A stretch of DNA of 64,000 nucleotides from the human T2T-CHM13v2.0 reference genome, Homo sapiens. Of the stretch, positions 40,300 to 56,100 are shown in pieces (the stretch's first letter is position 1; each line of letters starts with the position of its first letter). The stretch lies in NCBI RefSeq assembly GCF_009914755.1, contig NC_060927.1; one strand, given 5' to 3'. The notes beneath the pieces are model-generated. The model was not told the origin of the DNA and did not search any database. It saw only the letters and a program-made list of their open reading frames with translations. The translations under genes were made by a program, and so were the position numbers.

Positions 40300-41110
40300 A
40301 TTATTTTAAAGCAGTTATAGTTTTGCAGAAAAATTGCACTGATAGTACAACTAGTTCCTATATACCCCATCTCTCACCACACAGTTTCTCCTATTAACAT
40401 TTTGCATTAGTGTGATATGTTTGTTACAGTTGTTGAAACAATATTGATACAGTTATTATTAATATAAGTCCATAGTTTACATTAGGGTTCATGCTTTGTT
40501 GTACAGTTCTGTGGGTTTTGGCAAATCCATGTCATGTATCCACCATTAAAGTATTAGGCAGAATACTTTTCAAGTTCTTCATGTTTTTTGTTGGCTTGAT
40601 CTTTATATATATATATATATATATATAATGTACACATATATATATATAAAACAAAACAATATCCAGTTTCATGGATGCACCACAGTTTGTTTACCCACTC
40701 ACCTACTGAAAAACTGCTCACTTCCAATTTTAGCAATTAAAAAGAAAGCTCCTAAAAACATTCCTGTGCAGGTTTTTGTGTGAGTCTAAGCTTTGGATTC
40801 CTTGGGGAAATACCCACGAGTACCATTGGTGAATCATATGGTAAGCCTCTGTTTACCTTTATAAGAAACTGCAAACTGCCGTGCAAAGTGGCTGTACTAT
40901 TTTGACTCCCAACCAGCAATCATTGAGAGTTCCTGTTGCTCCGTATCCTCACCAGCATTGTCAACATTGTGTACTTTAGCTTTTCTATTATGTGTGTAGT
41001 GATGTTTTCCTGTTGTTTTTTGATTTGTAATTCCCTAATGACAAATGAGGTTGACCATATTTTTTTCATATGCTTATTTGCCATCTGTATGTATTCTTTG
41101 ATGAGTTGCC
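40300..41110 (-). mobile_element. L1MC-like 3' fragment with (TA)n
   Basis: gtccatagtttacattagggttca and aactgccgtgcaaagtggctgtac. Confidence 0.8.
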
Positions 41111-41284
41111 TTGGTTATACCTTTTTAAAAAAGCTTTATAATGTGAACATTATATAAAATTATCCTAGCTCTCCTCCTACCACAAATAAGTGAGCTTTTG
41201 GAGCATTGAACCTTCTATTTTAGGGAAAGGGCATATGTTTCCATTTGAAAGAAGCGAAGCAGTGGTTTGGAGATCACAAGGCAG

Positions 41285-41717
41285 ACTACAGCTGAAAAGG
41301 GCTATCTTGATACTATATTTTCTCTTTCTTCTTAACACAGACTAGGCTAAATTTGTTTCCCTTCTCACAGTTAGATGTAGACTTTGACTGTGTTCTAATC
41401 AATAAAAATGAGTGAAGGCAATGTAATACTTTTTTAGGCCTAACCTACAAGAAACTTACACAGATGATTTTCTTTTTTCTACTTGTGTCGGATGGTTATT
41501 GGTCACCTTTGGAATTAAATATTGAGGATACCAGATCCTTCATCAGCCTGGGGTTCTGGCTGACTATATGAAACAATACAGTGTCAGGACCACCACCACC
41601 ACACCAATCACACTCAGTGATTGCACCGATGTGAGCAAGAAGTAAACTTCCATTGCTTAAATGACTGAGACTTCAAGGTTTATTTGTTATAGTCTCTAGA
41701 GATACCTTAATTGATAT
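41285..41717 (+). mobile_element. MLT1 (I/J-like) LTR
   Basis: 3' end gatgtgagcaagaagtaaactt...actgagacttcaaggtttatttgttatag. Confidence 0.6.
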
Positions 41718-42685
41718 AATAATGAAATCCATACTCTCACACCTACAAAGGCCTAGATGCCACTTCAAAGTATATTCAGAGGAAATTGGTCTAATAAACA
41801 AATTTAATCGCATATATGAAATTTATATTTATATGAAAAGTCTCATTTGTTTGCATGTTTAAATTTGCTTTGATAATTTTAAGGGAATTAGCATCCATAA
41901 GGCATGAATGGACTTGAAAAAAGCAAGTAAATTGGTGAAGGATTTGGTCAAACACTCGTGTGTCAACTAAGGTCATTATTTTCATTAAAGTAATAAAACT
42001 GGCTGAAGCCTCTTACACACATCCACATGCATACATACACATTATTACTCAAGGTTTCTCTGAATATGGCTGACTTCACAGAAGGTTTAGTAAAATAATG
42101 ACATCACACAAAAACTAGCAACTCAAATTTAAATAATAAGCATATCTATCTGTTAAGCAAACTCCGCCATCCTGACACTGAGAATTTTTACTGCCTTGTT
42201 CTTATGCCAAAGATAGCCTCATCCTCTCTTCATCTCGAGTCTTCTTTTGTTCTTCTCTTTTTCTCTGTATTCCTTTTGATTCTAAAGAAATTTAGACTTT
42301 CCTTTGTTGTTTTCTCTTTTTATATATATATATACTCATAGAGTATTAAACTCTCTTCATAAGCAAGACACTTTTTTCTTGCAGGAAAAATTATTTGTAA
42401 TGCTAAAAGTAATTAATTTATATTATTAAATGTTACAGTTACAAAAAGTTATCTGCCTTTCCAGTTGCACACATTGAAATAGCACACTATTTTAAAATTT
42501 TCTGTTTACTCTTTCTGTTGAATACTAATGAAACACATAATTGCATACTAAATGCACTATTTAAGTTTTATTCTTCACTTCTTGAGGTTAGACTTAAAAA
42601 ACCGTAACAAATTTTTTTTGAAGACATGGAGCTTTGCCTGTAAGTGGCAATAGTTTAAATAATTTATTTAAAAAGTCAGTCTTTC

Positions 42686-43020
<335 letters not shown>

Positions 43021-44339
43021 TTAGTGTAAAAGTACATCTAAGGAACAGTGAAACTTTGTAAACTGTTTACATCTTACACGTTTCCTTGTTGGGAAATGTC
43101 AAGGTAGAGTTAAGATATTTAAGATCGAGTGAGAAAGTACAAAGATGAATGAGGATATCATATAATGTAATGACAGCAGACTTCAGCCTCACCAGCATTC
43201 ACTTTTGTGTTAACATTCTTAGGATTTCAACAGAGCCTCTTATTGTCATGTGGTGCATGATGCTCACTCATAGGTACCAACTGAAAATAGTTATTTTTCA
43301 AATCCTATATGTGTAAGCTTGTGAGGCTTCAGATTTTTTTTCATGTTGTTCTAAAATCTTGGCAACAGTGAAAAATGTTCAAAACTCTCCAATAAAGTGA
43401 CTGATAGCAACTTCTATGCCAAATTTTAGTCATAAAAATGCTCTATTTGATATAGCGTACACATCATTAGACAAGAACCTACAGGTTTTATATTATACGG
43501 CTGGGAGCAAAGGAATAGCAATGGATGGTTAAGGAGAAGTACAAAAAAAAAAAGTGTCTCCTCAGCCTAATTTTTTCCTCCATATCCTGCACAGGAAACA
43601 GAAATTTCCACCATTTGTATTATTCCCTAAGATTAAGATGGTGACTTCACAGGAAATTTCTAAAAGGGTAACCCATGAATCCTCCTGAATTTTTTTTCTC
43701 AGATAATACACCCCTGAAAGCTATATTTTAATGCTGACTGTAAGGTGGGGCACAGAAAGCCTAAGACATGAAAGGAATGTTAGATGTCTGAGAGAAGAGA
43801 GCAGGTGGGGTTGTTTATAGACAGTCTGGCCATCTAAGAGGGAGTGAAAAATAAAGAGCAAATAGAGGATGAAAGCAGGGGCACTTATTTATAAAGTCAT
43901 AGCAATTTGGGATAGCATTTTCCTATCACAGTTATCTGAAACTTTTTTTCCTATCACAGATTTGTTACAGATTGCAGATAAGTTGTTTATAAATCCAAAA
44001 TCATGCATAGGTAATCTATTTGAATAAGAAATTTATCAGATTTGGTAGAAAGAAGGCAAACATATAAACATAAATTAGCTATGTATATTTTAGGAAAAAA
44101 TAGTAAAGTTGTAAAATTATATATTATACTAAATCCCCCAGAAAATGTCGAATACAAAATAACAATTCTAATGCCCCCAAAATACGTGAACTCTACACAA
44201 ATAAAAGCATTATTAAAGAAATTTGAACGTACCTAAATAAATTGAAGAAAAGTCATTTTTGTCAGCTTCACTCCCTATGCAACCGCTTTTCTTTAACTTT
44301 TTAATGCACATTAATTCTTAAAATGACGTCACTTCCCGC

Positions 44340-44560
44340 AACTCCTTCTTAGAGGATGGCCCTCAGGCTGCCAGAGCTCAATGTAAATGGGTATAAGGAG
44401 AACCACAGTGTGTGAAATCAAATCCATTGGGCAGCTCCTCCCAAAGGCTGATTGGATCGGGCATAAAAATACTCCAGTTATCTTTGACTCATTATCTCTG
44501 ATGTGTCTTCCATACACTCCAGAGCTTTCCTATGAGATTGAGCCAAATAAGTTTCATGGG
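44340..44560 (+). mobile_element. Ancient ERVL-type LTR fragment
   Basis: tctctgatgtgtcttccatacactccagagctttcctatgagattgagcc resembles LTR16/33/40-group sequence. Confidence 0.35.
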
Positions 44561-45656
44561 AATTCCAAGGAAATTTACTTGATACCGACTTTTTGTTTGA
44601 ATTCCTTCTAATAAACGAGGACTTAGTAACAAAAGCTTAAAGAGATTAATGGAATTACATCAGACTAAAAGCTTCTGCCCAGCCAAAGAAACAATCAACA
44701 ACAAAATAAAGAAATAGCCTATGGAATAGGAGAAAATATTAGCAAAATTTTTATCTTCTAAGGGGTTCACACCCAAAATATATAAGGTACTCCAACAACT
44801 CAATAGAAAGAAAACAAAGAACTTGAAAGTAGTCAAAGAATCTGAACAGATATTTCTCAACAAAAGACATTCAAATGGCCAAAAGGTATATGAAAAAATG
44901 CTCAATAGCACTAATTTTCAGGTAAATGCAAATTAAAACCACAGTTTATCACATCACCACCTGTTAGAATAGCTATTATCAAATATAAAAAAGATAAATG
45001 TTGGTGAGAAAAAGGAAACCCTTGTGCATTGTTGGTGAAAATGTAAATTAGTACAGTCATTATGAAAAACAGTATGGAGGTTCTTTCATGAAATTAAAAA
45101 TAGAATAATCTTATGATCTAGCAATTCCATTACTAAGTACATATCCAAAGGAAATGAAGTCAGTATGAAAAACATATCTACATACCATTTTTATTGCAGC
45201 ACTATTCACAATAGCCAATATATAGATGCAACTTACGTGTCCATGCATGGATGAACGGATAAAGCAAACGTGGTATATATACGTAATGAAAAACTATTTC
45301 ACCTTTAAAAATAAGGAAATCTTATCATTTTTGATGATAAGGATGAACCTGGAGTACATTACGTTAAGTGAAATAAGCCAGGCACAGGAAGACAACTACT
45401 GCATTACCTTTGAATGTGGCATCTAAGAGTTGAACTCAACTAATTGTATGTGGAATCTAAGAGCTGAACTCATAGAAGCAGAGTAGAATTGTAGTTTCCA
45501 GGGCCTGGAAAGACAGGAGGTGTTGGGGAGATGTTGGCCCAAGGATATGCAATTTCAGTTAGATAAAGAGGAGTAAGTTCAAGAGATGTATTGTACGATA
45601 TGGTGACTGTGTCAATGACAATGTATTCTTGAAAATTGCTAAGAAAGTAGATTTTA

Positions 45657-46239
<583 letters not shown>

Positions 46240-46734
46240 TTAATTCACTCAAATTAGCCATTTAATAATGTATACATATTTTAAAACAACCTGTTGTGCA
46301 GGAAATACATATATATACAACTTTTGTTAATTAAAAGATAAATAAAATACTAAAATTGATAATAATTACCTTCTGATTATGACAATTATATTCCTTCATT
46401 TTTAAGCCTTATATATTTTACTTTTCTGATTTAGTTCATTAGCCAGAACTTCTAGCACCATGTTGAACAGAAATGGTGACAGTGGGCATCTTTATATAAT
46501 TCCGAAACCAGGGAGGTATCTCTCAATAACCTAAGGTATGCTTTAAAAAATGTTTATTTTATTTACATCTGTGGCAATGCTTCTTGCCTTAAACTATTCC
46601 TATCTAACATCTGGATAGTGACATCAAATTTTGTTTAATTTATATTTTCATGTTATTACTGTTTCTACCCATGACTGTCATTACTTCTGTGCCATTTTTA
46701 AAGTGTGTCTTCTTAAAGCAGCATATGCATGATT

Positions 46735-46770
46735 TGTGCATGTGTGTGTGCGCGCGCGCGTGTGTGTGTA
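46735..46770. repeat. (TG)n(CG)5(TG)n alternating purine-pyrimidine tract
   Basis: tgtgcatgtgtgtgtgcgcgcgcgcgtgtgtgtgta. Confidence 0.9.
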
Positions 46771-47254
46771 ATCTGAAAGTTCCCTTTTTAGGTAGCAGTG
46801 TATTTGTATTAATTATATTAAAACTTACATTCTCTTTTACTGTATGTTTTATATATTTAAGGTTTCTTTTTTATGTTTCTTTTTCCCTATCTTATTTTGT
46901 CTTCCGGCAGATTAATCAAATAACTTTTTAAAAATTCTGTCTCTTGACATGCCTACAAACTGTAAATCAGATGGCATATGTTGTGTTCAAAACATTTGTA
47001 GGTGGTATCATGTTTTCCCAGGAGCTTTCACCTTTTTACCAGTTAAAGAGGGGTCTGATCACTTAGTTTGCAGTCTTGGTAATGTGTTTACTTTATTCCT
47101 CCCACAAGGTGCATTACTGCAGTGTTTCCAGATGACTACCCAGCACACTCTCTTGGGTCTATTGCACTGATAGGACCTGAACTCTAATTTTTGTCTGCTC
47201 ACCAGAAAGAAAGCAAAAATCTCACTCTAATTTTCAGAACACTTTTTGTTTAGC

Positions 47255-47450
47255 TTTATTATTATTATTATTATACTTTAAGTTATGGGGTACATGTGCA
47301 GAACGTGCAGGTTTGTTACATAGGTATACAGGTTCCATGGTGGTTTGCTGCACCCATCAACCCGTCATCTACATTAGGTATTTCTCCTGATGCTATCCCT
47401 CCTTCAGCGCCCCCGAACCCTCGACAGGCCCCGGTGTGTGATATTTTCCC
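47255..47450 (-). mobile_element. L1PA7/8-like 3' end (about 195 bp)
   Basis: ttatactttaagtt...gtgcagaacgtgcaggtttgttacataggt...catcaacccgtcatctacattagg. Confidence 0.9.
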
Positions 47451-47456
47451 ATTTAA

Positions 47457-47723
<267 letters not shown>

Positions 47724-47814
47724 TGACTTTGTCTCACCATCTCAATGAGACCACAATTTCAGAAACATTAATCTTCTCAAGTTTCTCTCTCTGTCTTTTT
47801 AACTTATCAAGATG

Positions 47815-47925
47815 TGGGGTACCGAATTTCCCTGGTTCCTGGAGACTTTCCTGGTACTACCACTGAAAGTCCTATGTCCTCAGAAACTACATAGTTTTGG
47901 ACAAACTAGGATGGGTGTTCTCCCT
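47815..47925. mobile_element. MER81-like hAT MITE
   Basis: cactgaaagtcctatgtcc...aaactaggatgggtg with degenerate TIRs. Confidence 0.55.
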
Positions 47926-48263
47926 TCTAGCAAGTAACTATTTGGCCAGTAATAATGAATAATTTTTATTTGACTTTAAATTCTGTCATTTAAATAGATA
48001 CAGATGGCTCTAAAGGCACAATGAAATTTCCACAAAATAATTTACATAAAAATCCGAGTTATTAAGAATCTGTTTCAAACACTAAGAAATTAGGCTGAAG
48101 AGGATTACAGAAAAGGCAAATGGATTAGCACAGTAAGTAGAAATAGAGGATAGAGTTGAAACTGATAAGGTTCCATTGAGGAAAATACATATACTAAATG
48201 GCAGAAACAATTTAAATAGCAAATTGAGCTTTCCTGATCTGAAAGTTACATAAACACAGGTGG

Positions 48264-48665
48264 TATATTAGTTTGCTAGGGCTCCAGTAATAAAATACCA
48301 CAGATTGGGTAGCTTAAAAGACAGAAATCCATTGTCTCATAGTTGTGGAGGTGTCAGCAGGATTGTTTTCTTTTAAGGGTGTAAGGGAAGGAACTTTTCC
48401 AGGTCTTTCTCCTTGGTTTGTAGATGGCCATTTTCTTCCTTTATCTCTTCATATCATCTTCCTTGTATACGTGACTATCTCTGTGTCCCAATTTCCCCTT
48501 TTACGAGGATATCAGTCACCCTGAATTAGGGTCCAACCTTAGTGATCTCATCTTAACTTAGCTAATTGCATCTGCATGTATTTCTAGGTAAGTTCACATC
48601 CTGATGTGCTGGGGAGTAGAATTTAAATACATGAATTTTGGGATAAAAGAATTCAACCTCTAATA
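48264..48665 (-). mobile_element. MLT1B/C-like LTR
   Basis: tattagtttgctagggct..aaaataccacagattgggtagcttaaa ... aattcaacctctaata. Confidence 0.85.
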
Positions 48666-50749
48666 GGGGGCAATTCAATAAGTGAACTGTAAGAAAGGAG
48701 GGGAGCAGCAGTGTGCTAGGAAAAAGGTAGAATTTGGGGGCTCTATTACAACAAATCTTCTTTGTCAGACACAGACGTGAATTACCTGTGTACTCATTTC
48801 TACAAAGTTGAAAGTATATAAAGTGTTATTTAACCAGCTCATCTATTTAAACATGTTTGTCACAAATGTTTATATCAGCACAGACCACAGAAGGATATGA
48901 CCCATAAAGACTGATAGAAAAGTTCGCTTTTTCTAGATCATGAGAAATTGTGTCTACGTAACTGCTTATCTCTTAATACTATAGTTGCTATTTTAAATTA
49001 ATAAACTTTGAAACCATTAAAATATTTATTTAGCTTTTAAATTTTAAAATTATATTTTATAGGATAATGTTAAATTTCTAGACAGAGTTTTAAAATAGTT
49101 TAAAGAGCTATGATGTATTATCTTATATGAAATGAAAAAGATTATACAAAATTGTTATTTACAAAATATTCAGTTTGACTCTAATTTTTCAGCTCAAAAA
49201 ACACAATATTATTTAGTAAGTAAAAGGGAACATTTGGTCATTATTTACCTTAAAGCTAATTTATTCAAAATTATTACAAATATCTACCTACCCTTCAATT
49301 TGTTAACATAAGAAATATATTTCTTGAACAAAAATTTATAAAACTTCTTTCAGTTTGCTAAATGCAGTTTTAAATTTAACAATGGCAGTAAAAATGTACA
49401 ACTATTTACATTTTTAAATATGAGGAAATGGTTTCCAGTTTTATGAAGAGAGAAGACAACGTTTATACAACCTTTAGGTTTTTTCTCCTCTAGAAGCATC
49501 CTTGATTAGATTTTACTAATCAGAACCATCCACTCATCTTGAGAAACTGTATGTGTCATTTGACCTTCTCCATAAATTTCAGGCACTTAAGTTGAAATCC
49601 ATTAACACTCCTTTTCTGTACTGACTGCCAAATTTGCTATCATACCATATGTCCAGCATACAATTTGCATTTCAATTGGGAAATGTAAATGATGCTTTAA
49701 TGATTTCATGTGCTAAAGTGTAAGGTAAGTGGCGGAAAGGAAAATCAATACACATGCTAGAAAACTTTTATTTGTAATATTATTTCAGTCATGACATTTT
49801 GCTAAAGAAAGGCTATGTTCTCTAGAGCTCTTAATGAATAATTTTTGAAAATAAATATTAGATTTAGAAACAATTAGAAGTATGCTATATACTCTTATGA
49901 GAGATCAGTTGTTAAGCCATGTTAAATTGAGCATTGACTACACATTTTCTCTAAGATGAGTATTATGATTAGATGATAACTGAAATTTCATGATTTGATG
50001 CCTCACATTAAAAAAGTTAACAACACATACTCAAGGTGCGTTTGAAAAATGAAACACATTTTATTAATGCTCATATATATAAATACTATATATTTATGAA
50101 AAATCTAACACATTCCACAAAAGTACTAAACAACCCAGAATTATGAGTTATATTTCTGTTAAAATGACAAATATTCCTTGAGAAAATCAAATGCTGATAA
50201 TTCAGTTTGTTTTATTAATATTTTAGAGAAAAAATATAATTTTATACATTATTGTAAAATATAATGAAATATTTATATATAAATATAATAATATATAAAT
50301 ATAAATTGATATATATATTTATATATAAATATGCATTTATAAATTAATAGACTTGCTTATGGTGATTGTTTATATGTTAAACTCTCATCTGAAATTAAAA
50401 AGCATTGAAAACTAAAACATATACCATAACTCATTAATATATTTCAACTATTTGAACAGAAATATTTCCAGGTCAGCATAAGTCTAACCCAGTAGGGCAA
50501 TAAGGGAAATACAAAGGAAGATAACTATAAGAAATAATATTTGAAATACTCATATTTATGATTTCTACTTTGATATGGTAAATGGTCTATAGAGTACGAG
50601 GCCAAAAAAAGCATGAAATAATAATGACAATGATAATGCTACCCTGAAAGAACATGCTTTTTATTTCTTGGGCCTAATAGTTTGATCTACATTTTCAATG
50701 AAATTACTAGTAGAAAAGTTTTAAAATTTAGTCGATATGAATATAATCT

Positions 50750-50860
50750 GTCACAGCCTCTTTTTATTAAGGTGGAAACTGAAGTGCACCAAGATTAAGT
50801 GACATGCCTGTTGCTTCACAGAGGCCAAAAAGGAATCAAAACCTAGGTCATCTGATTGGC
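50750..50860 (-). mobile_element. MIR fragment
   Basis: ggaaactgaagtgcaccaagattaagtgac...aaacctaggtcatctga. Confidence 0.55.
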
Positions 50861-51586
50861 AAGTGAGGAAGTACTAGTAACATGCCTTTCTCTAAAGGCA
50901 CGTAAAGCTCACTAGGTGTCAACCTGTGTGTATCACCAAGAACAGGATATGTTTTAGATCTTAATTAATAGCAAATACAATTTAATCTCATTACAAGTAA
51001 GTAAATCTAAATATTTATGATAAAGAAATGTTATCTCTAGCTACTTCTCTTCCTCTTTTAAATTGTTTTCTTTCTTTTCTTAAAAAATAATAGATTCTAC
51101 TATCATTTCAACCCAGGTTAAGTCTGGGATGTAGTTACCAAGATGGCAACTCCATTCCCAGACTCAGTAACCGTGAAATGCAGTTTTATAACTCTGTTGC
51201 ATCTCAAGAAGAATGAGTGACAGTGTTGTGTGTGACTTCCTCACTGACTCCTCAGTGACAAAGCCCATTGCCCCCTAGCCCTGGGCTTGCTTTTTCTCCC
51301 CTTTCTTTTTAGCTGAAAATGGTAGTGGTCTGAAAGCAAGTTATGGATGGCAATCAAGTATTCCTTCTGTGATTGCAATTTTTTATAGTGTGGCAGGTAA
51401 AGACTAGTTTTCAAACCTGTGATAAACATTCACACTTACTAGTAATGGAATCCAATCAAATCATTTAAAGAACATGGAATTTAAACTGGGTAAAGGAGAG
51501 CTTGTATATAAATACCGAATTTGGTTTCTTCCCTGCCAGTTGCTAAGAAAAAAACACATGATGAAACACATGCTATTAAAATTCCC

Positions 51587-51952
<366 letters not shown>

Positions 51953-54624
51953 TTATTCACAAAAGGCCTATTTAAACATATATGTATATTAACTGAAGTT
52001 ACTTTTTGGAGTGGAGGAAACATTAGCAGTTTTTTTGCCAAGAAAAGGGTAGAATAAGTATATTCGATAAGAAGAATGAAAGGATCAGAAAAGTTATGAC
52101 CCAGTCTCTGGCCAGAAAGAAATTAATGCAATCATGTAACCCTATATAACATTAGGAAGTATTCAAAAAATTACCCTTTTAGGGTTTAATATATGTCAAG
52201 CACAATTCTAAGTTATAAATTAACTCATTTAATTTGTATGATATGCCGATCATTTAATAATCATAATAATATTTGTTTATGGACAAGGATATTATTGTCC
52301 AAGGTCTGAACCTAATCCATATTGGTACAGGGATTCAAGCTCAGTCTAACTTCAGATTGCCTATTTTTAACCATCTTCAGCTTGCCTATTTTTAACTATT
52401 AACACTATCCTAACCAGCCTTCCATAATGTTATGAGGTGTCTGAGAAATTGGTAATTGTGTGTCTTTGGTTGGGAAATCAAAGGGAAACAGTTTTTCGGA
52501 GAACAAGTTTACCAAAGAAAATATGTCTGTATTCATACCATTTAGAACAATGCTTTACATATAAAATGCTGATGATTTAATCATACTAATTTTGTCTAGG
52601 GCTCCTCTTGCTTGATGAATCACAGGAATAATTCTGGAAATCAAATATTTGAAATAAAAAGAGAAAAAATATATGCTGTTCATCCAGAGGATAACCAGTA
52701 AATATTTGTATTTTGGAAATGTAATACAACAGAGACAATGATTTTTTTAACACCTACTATAAGTCGTTTTACTCATGCTTTTACATTCACCCAAAAACCC
52801 CAAAAATGAGCCTCTACCCTCAAGGAAAAGTATAATCTAATGGAAGAGGCACAAAGTACAAAATAATAAAGGAGCATTAACATAGGGTGTTTGGGGATGA
52901 GTAGGTAAATACTGAATGCGAAAGGAGTGAGGCAGCAGCCAGTACTATTTCCAAATTGCACAATGGGAACTTCAGTTTGGACAGGTCACTTTGTGAGCCC
53001 TGTTCCTATCCCTTCCAACATTAGAAAGTCTTATCCTGACCAAAGGCAGCTAAACAGTCTCCATTGAAGAACACATGTCTAATTGTCTCTTAGTAGCAAG
53101 AACAATGGCAGAGAAGAATATCTCAGTATGATCAATTAAATTCAATTAATATATCTTGCTAAAATATCTTAACAAATGAAGGTAGTTTCAGGGAAGTAGC
53201 CCAGTGCTGCATGGAACCAGTTAGATGGTGAACCAACATCACACAGAAAGACGCCCTGAGCCTGGCCCATTCTCTATGTGTAGCCGAATCACTAAGTTTA
53301 TACCCCATCCATGAGCAAGACCTTTCTGCTGAGATTTAAAATAGAAAGAAAAGCACTCAGTAAATGTCTCAGTTTAATCAGTCATACTTTAGAAAGCCAG
53401 CCAACAAGCATACCCATCATCCATCTGGGTAAAAGGCTTTATCAGCTTTTAGACATTAAATGACTCACTCGCAAAGCTTTTTCCAGACTAATGGTGGCTC
53501 TAATTTCTCTATTAGATGGACCAGAATATTACGGAGGCAAATCTTTGCTATTATGCTCCCAGAGAATGAACTCCCCCAAAGCATAGATGAGTATAATAGC
53601 TGATAAAACCTTGAAAAATGCAAGTTTAAAATTGTGTTTATCTGCACCACGCCATCTGTATCCACTAACAGCTTGAACAAGAAGGATTTGTTCCTTAAAC
53701 ATTATTAGTTTTGCTAAAAATTGTCCTTGTTTTTTTGCTACCCTGAGGAAATAAATGGCATTGTGAAAATGAAACCACACTTATTATAACCTAACCTATG
53801 GACCACTTTTTCAAAAGCAATTTTGTCATTTGACATTGTATTCCTCCCGGTGAGAATAAATAGAAATATGCATGGTTTTTTTTCCCTTTTCAAGTTTAAC
53901 TTGCCCTTTATGTGAGTTTTCCTTTCACATTCTTTTTTGTCAAATTATTGAACACCTAACTGGTTTATATTATTATCTCCCTAAACATCTCATGAACTTA
54001 TCTCTCAAAGTTAATATTGTACTATTTTGTTAATCTATTGTGTTAGAAGTCAAGAAGGTGTTTTCCCTTGGGAGATACTGAATAGAAGACGGTTGAGGGG
54101 ACTTCTAGGTGTTGGTAATATTCTACTTTTTGGTGATGAGAGAGACACACCTGGTCCCAGGAATTGCTGTGGCTCCAGGTGACAGGTTATCGACTGCAAG
54201 ATACTGGAGTGGGGCCATCCAGGACCAATTGGCCCAAGCTGACTTGGAAACTGCTTACAGATATGTGAGCTAATCGTCTGGACTAGTTTATACTAGAAAA
54301 TCTACTCTTTAGAATCATGAGGTATGAACAAGCCAGTTCAACAGTGAGCTCCTGAGCAGACTGCCCACTGATAAAGTCCAGTGGTAGACAGAAATAATTA
54401 GGCTTCTTACCCTAGTCTTAGTCAGTGGTTTGGGCTACTCCAAAAAGAATGTGACCTCAACTAAAAAGCATGGGAACTGAAGGAATTAATCACTAGATAT
54501 AAGAAATTAATCAGACTCCTCCCAGCTAAACAAGAAACATTTTCCTGAGAGGGAATCTAAGCTGTGCCTCTCTAAATCAGATTAAAAGTACATAACTAGA
54601 GTCAGAGGGTAGAGAGAAACGGAT

Positions 54625-55083
54625 TGTTGTAGTTATGCCTCCTGATTTGCTCCCACCTATCTGCATCCACCTTTTGGGTAGTATCCTCCCCACTGACTCT
54701 GGGCTTTGACCTGTGCCATTTGATCTATAAGAAAATAGTAAATTCATAACAAGATAAGGCTTGAAAAAGCCATGCTCATTGGAACTTGCTTTCTTGCTAC
54801 TCCAAAACCCTGATAACATGGATAATCCCAAGGTAGTCTGCTAAACTCGCTACCCAACAGCCGAGTACCACTGTGGACTAACTACCCAGCAGCCTAGTAC
54901 CACTGCTGCCCTAGCGCAAAGCTAGCTAAATGCCAGACACTAGATTAAGATCACCTGGAGATGGTCAACACCTCCTCACCCCTCATCCATCCCTTCCCCT
55001 TCACCCCTGCTGATCTGCCAACTGATTACAGACACAGGAGCAAGCAATTGGGGTGATTTGCTATGTAGTCATAGCTAACTGAC
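54625..55083 (+). mobile_element. MLT1 (F/G/H-like) LTR
   Basis: actgactctgggctt... and 3' end ttggggtgatttgctatgtagtcatagctaactga. Confidence 0.6.
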
Positions 55084-55644
55084 TTGGTAAGGAAAACTCT
55101 CAACATACACTTTGGGGATATAACAAATAAGATTTAAATAAATTAAATATGAGGTTAGAGATTATAATAATATAATTATATATAATTACATATAATACCA
55201 TATGATATGCTATATCATTATAATTAAGAAATAATATCTATAATGTAGAATATGTAATAATGCAATATATTAAAAGTTTTGAAGGTAATCCATGCTAATA
55301 TTAACAAATAGAAATTCTACAAAGTATTTACTTGTGAGCAGTGGGTATGAAAAGGGACTACAATGTAAGACATTTATTCTTTATTTTATTCACTTTTGTG
55401 CAATTGAACATTTGCTTTCTTGAACATGAACCATATTTATAATAGATTTACAGGAAAAAAGAGAATACAATTATCTTCATTTATTTAAATGCAAGGAATA
55501 CATTAAACATTTGGTTGGAGGATAAGTTAAATAATTTTTAGATGGGTAAGTTAAATAATTTTACTATGTAATTTAAAATATTATTTTATTTTGGAATGAA
55601 CAGATATATATCTATGGGATAGAACATAAAATCTGCATTAGATT

Positions 55645-56100
55645 TTACATTTTTATTGATATAAACAAACTGCAAATATTTAAAATGTATTTCATGTGTT
55701 AAGACACATGGATATATCCGTGAAACTCTGATCAAAATCACGAGAATCAACATTTCAATTAACCTAAAAAGTTTCTTTTTGTCCGCTTGCAATCAATCTC
55801 ATTCTCTCCACACCACCTTAGGCAATAACTGACCTGCTTTCTGTAACTATAGTTCTCATTTATACTATTTCATATAAATGGAATCATAGAGATTGTACAC
55901 ATTTTCATTCATTGTTATTATTTTGAAATTTAGCCATGTTGTATAAATCAATATCTTTATTAAGTAGTATTTCATTATATGTGTACCTAAGAATTTTCTT
56001 ATTCATTCATCTATTTACGGACTCTTGAGGCTTTCCAGCATCTGGTCATTGCTACTGAGGCTATTATAAACATTTGTTTACAAGTCTTTATGTGAACATA
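55645..56100 (-). mobile_element. Old L1M (MB/ME-like) 3' fragment
   Basis: ggcaataactgacctgctttctg and tttcatataaatggaatcata. Confidence 0.75.

Noticed and set aside
50225-50345. Very AT-rich (TA)-like tract as a structured element
   Set aside because: Low-complexity sequence, as also at about 5340-5520 and 55140-55270; no specific organisation.
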